In this document: one piece after another, positions 29,381 through 39,685 of the stretch | Numbering within the stretch: the stretch's first letter is position 1 | Layout: every line of letters starts with the position of its first letter | Origin: an uncultured Gammaproteobacteria bacterium | GTDB taxonomy: Bacteria; Patescibacteriota; Microgenomatia; JALYQM01 | Assembly (NCBI GenBank): GCA_964535655.1 | Contig: CAZHTP010000001.1 | Location: 31,515-95,514 of the forward strand | Direction: 5' to 3' | DNA length: 64,000 bases | Translations under genes and position numbers: made by a program | Notes under the pieces: model-generated | What the model was told of the DNA's origin: nothing | Databases searched by the model: none | The model's input: only the letters and a program-made list of their open reading frames with translations

Positions 29381-29769
29381 AGCTTTTGTAAAAACCTTTC
29401 AAGAATCACGACAGCAGCTGCTGAATCGTCCTTGCGTCTTTTTTTCTGTACTATCCCACTGAGAATCATAGATTCCATTGCTTCGTTAGTAGAAAATGAT
29501 TCGTCTTCAAATTTGACCTGGCAATTAAATACTTCCTTAAGTTCCTTACCAAAATGTTTAATTTCTGTGTCAAGAGGAGAATTAGGTAACCCAAGTACAA
29601 TAGTATCTATTGGTTGGGAGAGTCGTTCTTTTAGCTGTTGAATGCGCGAAGGGGAGTTTACAATGGAATGCAATCCTGAAGCAGTAATTCCTTCCGAGAT
29701 CGCGAGTCCTATCTTTTTCTTTCCGTAGTCAATGCCGAGGTACATAGTAGCTTTATTTTTTATCTCCAT
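29377..29769 (-). CDS. ruvX: Holliday-junction resolvase-like pre-16S rRNA nuclease YqgF/RuvX
   Basis: 'MYLGIDYGKKKIGLAISEGITASG' N-terminus, and a later 'VLGLPNSPLDTE' with the conserved acidic residue. Confidence 0.85.
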   Translation of the reverse strand: MEIKNKATMYLGIDYGKKKIGLAISEGITASGLHSIVNSPSRIQQLKERLSQPIDTIVLGLPNSPLDTEIKHFGKELKEVFNCQVKFEDESFSTNEAMESMILSGIVQKKRRKDDSAAAVVILERFLQKL

Positions 29770-30226
29770 CGTCCCAAATGACGGGAGTTGTGAGTATTTT
29801 TTCTATCACATCGTATAAAGTTATATATTCAAGCTTTTTATCTATTAAACCATATTCAATATTTAGATAAGAAAGTATTTCGCGTGCCTTTTGAGCATAA
29901 TCTTTAGAATTGTTTCGCATAGCATAGGCTATTGTGAGGTACGTTAAAAACTCAGCAAGATGACCTTCTCTATTATAATAGTATAGCGTGCGAGCGATAT
30001 GTCCGAGTTCGATATTCGGGGTTTGATAGGCAGATTTTAATTCTTTTCGAATCCAATATGCACGCGACTCAAAAATTCCTGAATCAATAGTTGTTTCGAG
30101 CCAGAGTTTATCACGTTCGTCCTGCTTATCTGTAAGCAGGTCCCCTATAAATAAATGACAAATATCCAATACTGTCTTTTTAAGTTTAGCTATTTCGATA
30201 TCGGAGAGAGTATTTGTGACTGACAT
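29753..30226 (-). CDS. hypothetical protein
   Basis: A 157-aa ORF translationally coupled to ruvX. No recognisable motif. Confidence 0.4.
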   Translation of the reverse strand: MSVTNTLSDIEIAKLKKTVLDICHLFIGDLLTDKQDERDKLWLETTIDSGIFESRAYWIRKELKSAYQTPNIELGHIARTLYYYNREGHLAEFLTYLTIAYAMRNNSKDYAQKAREILSYLNIEYGLIDKKLEYITLYDVIEKILTTPVIWDDGDKK

Positions 30227-30373
30227 GGATATACGATATCAAAGAAAATATTGATAGTAAAGCAGGGTCCGGGGTTCTTCGCGCAAGTTTATAGTAAAAT
30301 ACTTTAAGGTAACTCTGTCGTTTCACTCCAGAGTCAATTCCCCACAATCTAAAGTATCGCGGTTGGGGAATTG

Positions 30374-30448
30374 AGGTGCGGGCCGGATTCGAACCGGCGA
30401 TTTTACGGTTTTGCAAACCGTTGCAATTGGCCACTCTGCCACCGCACC
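30374..30448 (-). tRNA. tRNA-Cys (GCA)
   Basis: The reverse complement folds as a cloverleaf. Acceptor is GGTGCGG/CCGCACC, T-arm is GCCGG-TTCGAAT-CCGGC, anticodon stem is ACGGT/ACCGT with loop TTGCAAA (anticodon GCA), and the discriminator is U as expected for tRNA-Cys. No encoded CCA. Confidence 0.85.
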
Positions 30449-30577
30449 ATGTAACAAGGAATATATCATATTGGCCAATTTAGTTCAAAGCATGTGTTCG
30501 CACTCTTTCATGGCGACTGCAAACATGGTATACTTTTTATATTCGATTACAAATAATTAGGATTCGGGAGAGACCTT

Positions 30578-32467
30578 ATGCCACAACAAAATGATATTCA
30601 AAAAGATAAACCTCCAGGCGGTCGCTGGAAGGGGTTTTTACTTTACTCTGTTTTTGCTTTGATCAGCTTGCTTATCATCTTTGCTCTTGTTAATCCGGTA
30701 CCAAGTGGAACAGAATTACCTCTTTCTACAGTACTTAGTGATTTGAAATCAGATAAAGTTAAAAACCTCGTTGTCGATGGGAATAAAATTACCGTTAAAT
30801 ATAAAGATGACTCAGAAAAAATAACGTATAAAGATAACGATAGTTTTACACGAATACTCGAAAGTTCAGGACTTGACCCCAAAACGGTACCTTTTAAAAT
30901 TAAAGACTCTTCATTTGGTGATGCGTGGATTGGATTGTTAACTACGGTTCTTCCCATGCTCCTTATTGTGGGGTTTTTCTTTGTGATCTTTCGCCAGGCT
31001 CGAGAGTCGCAGGGTTCTTTGTTCTCATTTGGACAGTCGCGAGCTAAATTATTTAATAAAGATCAACCACGAACCAAATTTTCTGATGTTGCTGGTGTTG
31101 ATGAAGCAAAAGCAGAACTTGAAGAAGTTGTTGAATTTCTAAAAGTTCCTGAAAAGTTTCATGCACTTGGTGCGCGTACTCCTAAGGGCGTATTGCTTGT
31201 TGGCCCTGCCGGTGTAGGTAAAACGTTACTTGCAAAAGCTGTGGCTGGAGAAGCCAATGTTGCATTCTTCTCAGTTGCTGGCTCCGAATTTATGGAAATG
31301 CTTGTTGGTGTTGGTGCTTCTCGGGTGCGTGATTTATTCGCGACAGCTAAAAAAAATGGCCCCGCGATTATTTTTATTGATGAAATTGATGCAATTGGAC
31401 GACAGCGTGGAAATGGGTTTTCTGGTGGGCATGACGAGCGTGAACAAACATTAAATCAAATTTTAGTTGAGATGGATGGGTTTGCTGTTAATGACAATGT
31501 GATTGTTTTGGCTGCAACAAACCGACCAGATATGTTGGATAAAGCGTTACTTCGCCCCGGACGCTTTGACCGAATTGTTCATTTAGATTTACCTGATATT
31601 AATGGACGAAAAGAACTGATAAGGATTCATAGCCGGGGCAAGTCGATGGCTAAGGATATTGATTTCGATCGAATAGCTCGTCGTACCGTAGGTTTTAGTG
31701 GAGCTGATGTTGAAAATATGCTTAACGAGGCTGCAATACTCGCTGCACGTCAGAATAAGAAAATCATTGACATTCATGATATTGAAAATGCTGCTTTAAA
31801 GGTAAAACTTGGACCAGAGCGAAAGAGAATGCAATCTGAGGAAGACCGTCGAATGACGGCATATCATGAAGCTGGACACGCAGTGGTTATGTGGGCTATG
31901 GAACACTTAGATCCAGTCAACCGTATTTCAATTGTCTCTCGTGGTATGGCTCTTGGTTTTACTACTGCTACTCCAGAGCAAGACCGCTATAATGATACAC
32001 GAACGCGCTTGTATGAGCTTATTGCTGGAATGTTGGGTGGACGCGCTGCTGAGAAGCTGGTTTACAATGAGTTAACAATTGGTGCGTCTAATGATTTAGA
32101 AAAAGCAAATGGTTTAGCACGAGATATGGTTACTATTTATGGTATGAGTGAACTGGGACCAATCTCTACTGAGAAGCGTGGATCATATGGGTACGATGAT
32201 GTTAAAGAGTACTACTCAAATGATTTAATGTCTAAAATTGATGATCAAGTACAGAAAATTCTACAGAAATCTTCCGATATGGCAGATGAGGCACTTTCAA
32301 CATATCGTAAGGGATTGGAAGCGGTTACTGATGCATTGATGAAAGAGGAAACTATTGATGCAGATCGTTTCAGAGATATTATGGCCAGCGTTACAGGGAT
32401 TGTCCGTGGTGGTGAAATGAAGCAAGTCTCGAGTGAACCAGAGATCCTTGTTGAATCAGCAGTATAA
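30578..32467 (+). CDS. ftsH: ATP-dependent zinc metalloprotease FtsH
   Basis: N-terminal TM. AAA Walker A '[18 protein letters not shown]', Walker B 'IIFIDEIDA', SRH '[20 protein letters not shown]' and zinc site 'HEAGHAVV' are all present. Confidence 0.93.
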   Translation: MPQQNDIQKDKPPGGRWKGFLLYSVFALISLLIIFALVNPVPSGTELPLSTVLSDLKSDKVKNLVVDGNKITVKYKDDSEKITYKDNDSFTRILESSGLDPKTVPFKIKDSSFGDAWIGLLTTVLPMLLIVGFFFVIFRQARESQGSLFSFGQSRAKLFNKDQPRTKFSDVAGVDEAKAELEEVVEFLKVPEKFHALGARTPKGVLLVGPAGVGKTLLAKAVAGEANVAFFSVAGSEFMEMLVGVGASRVRDLFATAKKNGPAIIFIDEIDAIGRQRGNGFSGGHDEREQTLNQILVEMDGFAVNDNVIVLAATNRPDMLDKALLRPGRFDRIVHLDLPDINGRKELIRIHSRGKSMAKDIDFDRIARRTVGFSGADVENMLNEAAILAARQNKKIIDIHDIENAALKVKLGPERKRMQSEEDRRMTAYHEAGHAVVMWAMEHLDPVNRISIVSRGMALGFTTATPEQDRYNDTRTRLYELIAGMLGGRAAEKLVYNELTIGASNDLEKANGLARDMVTIYGMSELGPISTEKRGSYGYDDVKEYYSNDLMSKIDDQVQKILQKSSDMADEALSTYRKGLEAVTDALMKEETIDADRFRDIMASVTGIVRGGEMKQVSSEPEILVESAV

Positions 32468-32486
32468 AATAGCAACGTCTTTATTT

Positions 32487-32516
32487 AAAAGGCCTCGTTT
32501 ATTCGAGGCCTTTTTT
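32487..32516 (+). terminator. rho-independent terminator after ftsH
   Basis: Hairpin 'ggcctcg-tttatt-cgaggcc' followed by tttttt. Confidence 0.6.
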
Positions 32517-32561
32517 GGTACTCGTATTGCTATCTTAAAATAGAAATTATACCATTAGCAT

Positions 32562-34061
32562 ATGAAAGTTCTTTATGTTGCAACGGAACAAACACCTTTT
32601 TCTACTGTGGGAGGACTTGGTAGGGTCGCGTATTTTCTTCCCAAAGAGTTACAAAAACTGGATATTGATGTTCGCGTGATCATGCCTAAATATGGCAAGA
32701 TTGATGAGCAAAAAGCTCATATGGAGACAGTATTGCATGGACTGCATGTTCCCACTCAAGAAGGGTTCAATGATCTTATTTGTAATGTAAAAATGAGCCA
32801 ATCTGAAAATCGAATTACGTATTTTCTTGAGAATCAGGAATATTATGAGCTTCGTGCTAATGAGTATGGGTATTTTGATGATCCAATGCGATTTACGCTG
32901 CTTTGCCGTGGAGCGTTGGAATTCCTATTACATTCGCAAAACGACTGGATTCCTGATGTTATTCACAGCAACGACTGGCAAACAGCGTTAATTTCGCAAA
33001 TGTTATCGCAGCATTATGCTCAAGAACCTCGGTTAGCTCATACCGTTACTCTATACACAATTCATAATCTTGCATACCAGGGAATGTACGACTATCGCTT
33101 TGTGTCAGATTTAGATTTTGATGACGGAAAAAGTGATATTCCAAGGTTTTACGATCCACGTTTATCGAAAATTAATATGATGCGTCGTGGCATTATGTAT
33201 TCGGATATTGTAAATACGGTTTCACCGACCTATGCTTCGGAGATTCTGACGGAAGAATATGGGGCAGGGCTAGAACGACTGTTGCAGGAGCTGAGAACTA
33301 AATTGTTTGGTATTTTAAATGGGATTGATTACGAAGAATTTAACTCGGTGACCGATAAACTGGTGGTCGAAAATTTTGACGCCTTTTCCACTGAAAAAAG
33401 AAAAATTAACAAGTGTGCGCTGCAGAAAGAATTTCAATTACCCGAGGATGAAGATATACCAATATTAAGTATTTCCAACAGACTAGATAGTCAAAAAGGT
33501 ATCGATCTTGTTACTGAAATAATTGAACCCATTCTTGAAGAATATGCGCCGGTACAATTTATCGTAAATGGTGGCGGAGATAATCGTTTTAGAGAATTTT
33601 TTGCAAAGCTTGCTAAAAAATATCCCTATCAGGTTGGGGTAAACTTGAATCCTAATTTTACTTTGCCTCGTCATATTTTTTCGGGGGCTGACGTGATTTT
33701 ATTGCCTTCGCGTTTTGAACCATGTGGAATGACACAGATGGAAGCAATGCGTTATGGTTGTATTCCGCTTGTTCGTAATACAGGAGGCCTTGCCGATACT
33801 GTTGCTGATTATGATCCGGTTACGGGTGAAGGAACTGGTTTTGTTTTTAACAACTATGAATCATTTGCGTTATTTGGATCAATTGTACGGGCACTCGAAA
33901 CGTATAAACATAAGGATGAGTGGAGCAGATTAGTACAGCGAGTAATGGCTCAGGATTTCTCTTGGACAAAATCAGCACAAGAATATAAAAAGTTATATGA
34001 ACGCGCGATTGAACTTCGTCGTCAAACTTCTCAGGCGAAAAGTCATTTTGGAATTAGATAA
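32562..34061 (+). CDS. glgA: glycogen/starch synthase (GT5, ADP-glucose type)
   Basis: 'MKVLYVATEQTPFSTVGGLGRVAYFLPKEL' is the canonical GlgA N-terminus (KVGGL-like motif). The C-terminal 'LLPSRFEPCGMTQMEAMRYG' is also present. Confidence 0.8.
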   Translation: MKVLYVATEQTPFSTVGGLGRVAYFLPKELQKLDIDVRVIMPKYGKIDEQKAHMETVLHGLHVPTQEGFNDLICNVKMSQSENRITYFLENQEYYELRANEYGYFDDPMRFTLLCRGALEFLLHSQNDWIPDVIHSNDWQTALISQMLSQHYAQEPRLAHTVTLYTIHNLAYQGMYDYRFVSDLDFDDGKSDIPRFYDPRLSKINMMRRGIMYSDIVNTVSPTYASEILTEEYGAGLERLLQELRTKLFGILNGIDYEEFNSVTDKLVVENFDAFSTEKRKINKCALQKEFQLPEDEDIPILSISNRLDSQKGIDLVTEIIEPILEEYAPVQFIVNGGGDNRFREFFAKLAKKYPYQVGVNLNPNFTLPRHIFSGADVILLPSRFEPCGMTQMEAMRYGCIPLVRNTGGLADTVADYDPVTGEGTGFVFNNYESFALFGSIVRALETYKHKDEWSRLVQRVMAQDFSWTKSAQEYKKLYERAIELRRQTSQAKSHFGIR

Positions 34062-34063
34062 TT

Positions 34064-35482
34064 ATGAAAGTACTGTTTGTAGCATCAGAGTGTACGCCCT
34101 TTGCAAAAGTAGGTGGATTGGGAGATGTAATAGGTGCTCTACCTCAAGCATTGGTAGCTGAAGGTATTGAAGCGTCAGTTATATTGCCCTTATATAAAAA
34201 CCTTTTGAATACTCAGACAGAGCTTGTTTTAATGCATGGACAACATACTTTTGAGGTATACTTTGAAGGAAAGAGTTCAGTTTGCGAATTGCATAAAACA
34301 ACATTTCATAACTCTCCCATAGTACTGTATTTAGTTAAGAACGAAGAATATTTATCTAATGGCGGTATTTATCTTTCTGATGACGCGATGGTTGTTGGGA
34401 ACGATGAGCCCCGACGATTTATGTTTTTCTGTCGAGCTGTACATCGTTTATTGCAAAGCGGTGTGCTACAAGCAGAAGTAGTACATTCTCACGACTGGCA
34501 TACTTCATTTCTTCTTAAGTTGATTCATCAGGATTTAGACTTAAAACATATCCGTACTGTTCTGTCTGTACACAACCTTGCTAATAAAGGTACAGTTTCG
34601 GATGATGTTTTGAATAAGGAAATTGATGGTACCGTAAACACGCATAGGTTGATGGCTGTAGGCGTAGATGCTGCTGATGCTATAGTCCCGGTATCGAAAA
34701 ATTATGCTAAGGAGTTACTCCGAGGCGAATTTTGCGATGGGTTGGAATATGTAGTTGAAGAGAATTGTAAAAAATTCACTGGTATAACTAATGGAATTGA
34801 TACCTTATATTTTGACCCAAGTAAAGATCCTTTCTTGGTTCATACTTACTCCGCTCGTGACTGGGAAGAAGGAAAACTGCATGCAAAAACTGAATTATTT
34901 AAAAAAGAAGGGTGGAGCGATACTGACCCTCATTCGGTTTTACTTTTTGGATTTGTCGGTCGGATTGCCTTGCAAAAGAATATTGGACTGATAGTCGATT
35001 CTCTTTCTAGTCTTTCAAATCATGCTCTTCGTTTCATATTCTTGGGAGTTGGTGAAAAAGAACTTACGCACCGTCTGCATGCGCTTGCATTGAAACACAA
35101 TAATCGTATAAAGTTTATTAATCGATTTGATGAATCCTATGCTCGACTAATTTATGCGGGGAGCGATGTATTTTTAGTGCCATCTTTGTATGAGCCATGT
35201 GGGCTTACTCAAATGATCGCAATGCGTTATGGCGCTTTACCGATAGGGAGAAGTGTTGGCGGTCTTGTTGATACTATCGATGATAGTGACGAGTCGCAAA
35301 ATGGTTTCTTATTTGAAGAGTCGACCCCTACTGAATTTCAAGATGTTTTGAACTATGTTTTTGATGAATGGCATGATAAACCAGATTACTGGCATAAATT
35401 GGTAATTAATGCCATGACGAGAGATTTTTCCTGGGGGAATGCTGCAAAGGAATATATTAAGATATATAAAAATATGAAGTGA
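34064..35482 (+). CDS. glgA: glycogen/starch synthase paralog (GT5)
   Basis: 'MKVLFVASECTPFAKVGGLGDVIGALPQAL' and 'LVPSLYEPCGLTQMIAMRYG' match GlgA. It is a second, divergent copy directly downstream of the first. Confidence 0.8.
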   Translation: MKVLFVASECTPFAKVGGLGDVIGALPQALVAEGIEASVILPLYKNLLNTQTELVLMHGQHTFEVYFEGKSSVCELHKTTFHNSPIVLYLVKNEEYLSNGGIYLSDDAMVVGNDEPRRFMFFCRAVHRLLQSGVLQAEVVHSHDWHTSFLLKLIHQDLDLKHIRTVLSVHNLANKGTVSDDVLNKEIDGTVNTHRLMAVGVDAADAIVPVSKNYAKELLRGEFCDGLEYVVEENCKKFTGITNGIDTLYFDPSKDPFLVHTYSARDWEEGKLHAKTELFKKEGWSDTDPHSVLLFGFVGRIALQKNIGLIVDSLSSLSNHALRFIFLGVGEKELTHRLHALALKHNNRIKFINRFDESYARLIYAGSDVFLVPSLYEPCGLTQMIAMRYGALPIGRSVGGLVDTIDDSDESQNGFLFEESTPTEFQDVLNYVFDEWHDKPDYWHKLVINAMTRDFSWGNAAKEYIKIYKNMK

Positions 35483-35483
35483 T

Positions 35484-37577
35484 CTATTCTACTGATTGAA
35501 CTCCGCGAACTTTTTGGAGTCGGCTATACAATAATAGCCGTTGACTATCACTTTCAAGACCTACTACAAACTGAATCTTTAAAATGCCGTCGTGAGCAGG
35601 TAACTGTTCAAGTTGTTCTATTGCAACCCTAATATCAGATACGGCTTTAGTGATATCGCGCAGAGCCCCTTCGCGATAAATCATTTCAACTTTCATTCTT
35701 TGGGCTTTGACCATGCCTTCTGGTAATGTCCAGGTGACAGGAATTTGTTTCTCTTTATGTATTATATTCGTTACGTTTGGACATACTGCGCTATGGACTG
35801 AAACTACTTGCGTTTGTGTTACAAAGCCAACTATTTCTTCGCCTGGTAGAGGATTACAACATTTAGCAAGCCGGGTTGCAACACCTTTGAGACCATGTAC
35901 TACAACCGCTGCTTTTTGTGTAACTGGTTTTTTTGTCCATCTGTTTTTAAGTGCTGTTTGAACTTTTCCGACAAGCGTCATGGGGTTGAGTAGTGATTCG
36001 CTGGGAGCTGTTTGTGGGAAATTATCTACTCGTTTAGGTCCATGATTGGGCGATTCCTCGATATCTTCTATAAGTTCTTTTTCTTGTACTTGCTCATATG
36101 AGTTGGTAGCTTTCTGAATGTGCTTTCGAGCGTTATTGGTGATTGCGAATTGTAACCAATCTGATGAGGGAGCTTTCTTTTCTTTAGCTGTTAAGATTTC
36201 AACTATTTCGCCGTTTCTTAATTGGTAATTAAGTGGAACGATATGATTATCTACTTTTGCACCGACTGTTTTATTGCCTATTTCGGAATGGATCGAATAG
36301 GCGAAATCGATCGGAGTCGCGCCTAGAGGGAGGTCTTTAACATCGCCTTTGGGGGTGTAAACGAAAATACGATCTTTAAAAAGGTCGTGCTTTAAGCCTT
36401 TAAGAAAACCCTCACTGTTGGGTGCTTCTTTCTGCCAACGTGTTAACTCTTGAATCCACTCGAGTTGTTCTTTAGAGGCTTTAAATCCTTCTTCCATTTC
36501 TTTATCGGTTACACCTTTTTTAGATTTCGATTGTTCATAAATAATATGTGAGGCGATACCATATTCTGCTTGTTCGTGCATTATTTTTGTCCGAATCTGC
36601 ACTTCCATTACTCGCCCTTTTTCCACAAATACTTTGGTGTGCAAACTCCGATACCCATTGGCTTTAGGGACTGCAATGTAATCGCTGACTCGCCCGGCAA
36701 GCGGAGTCCAGATCTGATGGACTAAGCCGAGTACAACATAGCAGTTCTCAATACTTTCGTCTTGGAGAATAATGCGTACAGCTATCAGATCGGGAATTTT
36801 GGATAAATCATAATTAAATTCCGGTCGCTGCAATTTTTTCCATAACGAGTACATGTGTTTCGCGCGGCCTTCAACATTGGCGTTAATTTTTTCTGTTGCG
36901 AGGGCATCAATTAATTTTCGCTTAACTACGGAGATATACCGATCACCTTCTTTAAAAAGAACACGGGTCTGCTCTTTTAACTGTTCATACTCTTTTGGAT
37001 ACACCCACTGGAAAGCGAGATCTTCAAGTTCGCCGCGTATTTGACCCATTCCTAAGCGAGAGGCGAGGGGGGCATAAATTTCGAGTGTTTCTTTGGATTT
37101 TCTAATTCGTTTTTCTGGTGGCATGTATTTCATGGTGCGCATGTTATGCAATCGATCGGCGAGCTTAATCATGACTACGCGAATATCTTTAGCCATGGCA
37201 AGAAACATTTTGCGCAGGTTTTCGACTAAATAATCCTGTTTATCATCGGATATAAATTTAAGTAATCCTAAATTGGTCTCGCCTTGTACGAGAGAAGCAA
37301 CGTCTGCTCCAAATGCCAATTCAATTTCCTCGATTGGGACTTGGGTATCTTCTACGACATCGTGAAGCAGTGCTGCAATGATTGAAGCATCATCAAGTCC
37401 CATTTCGGCAACGATTAACGCTACTGCAGCAGGATGAATAAAAAACGGTTCACCTGATTTTCTTTTTTGTCCCTCGTGAGATTTTGCCGCATATTCGTAT
37501 GCGCGTTTAATATTGGCTGGGTCTACTTTTTTTCTTTTTTTCTTAGCTGTTTCAATGATTTCCTGTGCAGTGATCAT
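35484..37577 (-). CDS. rel: bifunctional (p)ppGpp synthetase/hydrolase Rel (long RSH)
   Basis: HD domain 'HPAAVALIVAEMGLDDASIIAALLHDVVEDT'. Synthetase motifs 'EGRAKHMYSLWKKL', 'DLIAVRIIL', 'ANGYRSLHT' and 'EVQIRTKIMHEQAEYG'. C-terminal TGS/ACT-like regions are present. Confidence 0.9.
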   Translation of the reverse strand: MITAQEIIETAKKKRKKVDPANIKRAYEYAAKSHEGQKRKSGEPFFIHPAAVALIVAEMGLDDASIIAALLHDVVEDTQVPIEEIELAFGADVASLVQGETNLGLLKFISDDKQDYLVENLRKMFLAMAKDIRVVMIKLADRLHNMRTMKYMPPEKRIRKSKETLEIYAPLASRLGMGQIRGELEDLAFQWVYPKEYEQLKEQTRVLFKEGDRYISVVKRKLIDALATEKINANVEGRAKHMYSLWKKLQRPEFNYDLSKIPDLIAVRIILQDESIENCYVVLGLVHQIWTPLAGRVSDYIAVPKANGYRSLHTKVFVEKGRVMEVQIRTKIMHEQAEYGIASHIIYEQSKSKKGVTDKEMEEGFKASKEQLEWIQELTRWQKEAPNSEGFLKGLKHDLFKDRIFVYTPKGDVKDLPLGATPIDFAYSIHSEIGNKTVGAKVDNHIVPLNYQLRNGEIVEILTAKEKKAPSSDWLQFAITNNARKHIQKATNSYEQVQEKELIEDIEESPNHGPKRVDNFPQTAPSESLLNPMTLVGKVQTALKNRWTKKPVTQKAAVVVHGLKGVATRLAKCCNPLPGEEIVGFVTQTQVVSVHSAVCPNVTNIIHKEKQIPVTWTLPEGMVKAQRMKVEMIYREGALRDITKAVSDIRVAIEQLEQLPAHDGILKIQFVVGLESDSQRLLLYSRLQKVRGVQSVE

Positions 37578-37670
37578 AGGATAATTATACCCTGCAAGAG
37601 CAATAGGTTATAGATATCAATTAACCTATAATAATCTATTCAGGACAATAGCTAGGTCGAGTTGGATATC

Positions 37671-39377
37671 CTAATATTTTAAATCTCTTACTTTTAACTG
37701 CACTGTTTTTTTACCGTTCCATTCGTTGATATCAATATGATACGCAAGATCGATTGGTAACCCGGGGCGAATTTGTGGTGAGTACGATCCAAAGCCAAAC
37801 GCAATTGCTTCAAGCGGTTTATTCCCTGATTCTTGTTGGGTTACTTTTAATTTTAAATGTTTATTTTCTAATCCCAATGTTCTTACTTCTATGACGTTTA
37901 CTTTTTCCGTTGAGAATAATGGTTCTTCGGCATTAATTCCAAACGGCTTTAATTCTTGGATTGCAGAATGGAGTTGCTCGGAAATGTGTTGAAGTGGTAG
38001 ATTACAATCAATATCCAAGCTTGGATCAGTCATATCTTGAGTTATTCTGTGACTGGCAAATATGCGCATGCTTTCTGTAAAGCTTTTTAACGATCCTGGC
38101 GTTACCGAAAGCCCTGCAGCCATAGGATGTCCACCATAACTTAGCAGATGTTCGCTACTTTCAGTGATAGCATCGATAATATTGAAACCTCGGACAGAGC
38201 GTGCTGATGCTTTAAACATATTGGCATGATCGGCTGTTGATCCCCATACGATCGTTGGTTTGTAGTATTCTTCAACCATTCGTGAAGCAACGAGGCCAAT
38301 TACACCCGGATTCCACTGTGGGCTTCCTAAAATTAAAATTTTATGATCTTGCTGTTCTTCGGCCTGTTTCCTTGCAGTATCAATGAGTGTTTGTGTTAAA
38401 TCCTTCCTATCGTCATTAACCATGTTAACTTTTTGAATTAATTTATCAGCTTTTTGTTGGTTATTGGTACAAAGTAGGCGCAGCGAATCCATGGCGTGTT
38501 CAAGTCTTCCCATGGCGTTAATACGGGGGCCAATAATATATCCAATCTGATAGCATTGTGTATCCTTTAGATTAAAATTAGCTGACTTGGCTAAGGCTAG
38601 TAATCCTGGGCGGGTAGTTTTTCTCAATTGCGGTAGCCCATGAATGACCATTGTTCTTGCTTCGCCTTGCAAGGGTATTAAATCACAGACAATCCCGATG
38701 GTAGCTAGCTCCAGAAGCTTGAGAGCATCCGATTTAGGATCAGCAGGATCGTAGGATTCTGTTAACAAATTCTCAATAGATTCGCCAGTTATTTCAGCAA
38801 GTAACTGTACGGAAGTTTTCCAAGCAACACCTGCTCCGGAAATGCGGGAATCGTGGATAATAAGGCAATTTTCCGGAAGTAATTCTGGTTTATGGTGATG
38901 GTCGGTTACTATTACCTCAACTCCTTTTTCTTGCGCGTAGGCTATTTGTTTGCGACAGCTGATTCCTTGGTCCACAGTAATTATGAGGTCTGGTTTTTCG
39001 TTTTCCAGTAGACTGTCTATACCAATTATGGACATGCCATATCCTTCACGTTCGCGGTGGGGAATGTATGGTTTTGCCTTGGCTCCTAGTTTATACAATG
39101 TTTCCCACATTACGGCTGTTGCAGTTACACCATCGGCGTCATAATCACCATAAACAATAATCCTTTCTTTTTTTTCAATCGCTTCTTTTATCCTTAGGAT
39201 AACTTTTCTCATATCGCCAATTTCAAAGTCGATATCGCTCAGGGAAGGGTTTAAGAATGTCTTGATAACAGAGTCATTGTTAAGCGCACGATTTTTATAA
39301 AGAACTTTGAGGATGTCTGAAATTGATGTTATTTGTAGTGGCTCTTTGTTTATTAGATTCCAAATCTTTTGTTTCAT
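37671..39377 (-). CDS. recJ: single-stranded-DNA-specific exonuclease RecJ
   Basis: DHH motifs 'ERIIVYGDYDADGVT', 'LIITVDQG' and 'VIVTDHHH', plus a DHHA1 region 'GGHPMAAGL'. Confidence 0.88.
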   Translation of the reverse strand: MKQKIWNLINKEPLQITSISDILKVLYKNRALNNDSVIKTFLNPSLSDIDFEIGDMRKVILRIKEAIEKKERIIVYGDYDADGVTATAVMWETLYKLGAKAKPYIPHREREGYGMSIIGIDSLLENEKPDLIITVDQGISCRKQIAYAQEKGVEVIVTDHHHKPELLPENCLIIHDSRISGAGVAWKTSVQLLAEITGESIENLLTESYDPADPKSDALKLLELATIGIVCDLIPLQGEARTMVIHGLPQLRKTTRPGLLALAKSANFNLKDTQCYQIGYIIGPRINAMGRLEHAMDSLRLLCTNNQQKADKLIQKVNMVNDDRKDLTQTLIDTARKQAEEQQDHKILILGSPQWNPGVIGLVASRMVEEYYKPTIVWGSTADHANMFKASARSVRGFNIIDAITESSEHLLSYGGHPMAAGLSVTPGSLKSFTESMRIFASHRITQDMTDPSLDIDCNLPLQHISEQLHSAIQELKPFGINAEEPLFSTEKVNVIEVRTLGLENKHLKLKVTQQESGNKPLEAIAFGFGSYSPQIRPGLPIDLAYHIDINEWNGKKTVQLKVRDLKY

Positions 39378-39685
39378 CTCTCTATTTATAGATCATTGAG
39401 TATAAAAGTCAACTTGTTTTTTAAAAATAACATGACTATTATTCTGTGTACTTAACAATTTTTAAGAAAGGACTCTCTCATGAACGCTTCTGACTCTCAA
39501 GAGATTCGAAATATTTTCCGTGAGGAAATGAATGTTGTTTTTAAGCCAATTCACTTTGGTTGAAATAGAAAACACTTTGGGTATCTATTCTGATATGTAT
39601 AAAATTAATCGTGATACTAGTATGAATTTAGAAATGCGGTTAACACTGCTGGAAAAGCGTCGCTAATGATATACTTATAGCTGCT

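Noticed and set aside
30290-30345. Stem-loop 'actctgtcgtttcactccagagt', checked as a possible second tRNA or ncRNA next to tRNA-Cys
   Set aside because: It is a single hairpin only, with no acceptor or T-arm. It is probably a terminator or processing hairpin for the upstream minus-strand operon. Too weak to call.
30186-30434. 82-aa minus-strand ORF from the track
   Set aside because: It overlaps tRNA-Cys (30374-30448), whose cloverleaf is unambiguous. The protein sequence is low-complexity. It is a spurious ORF.
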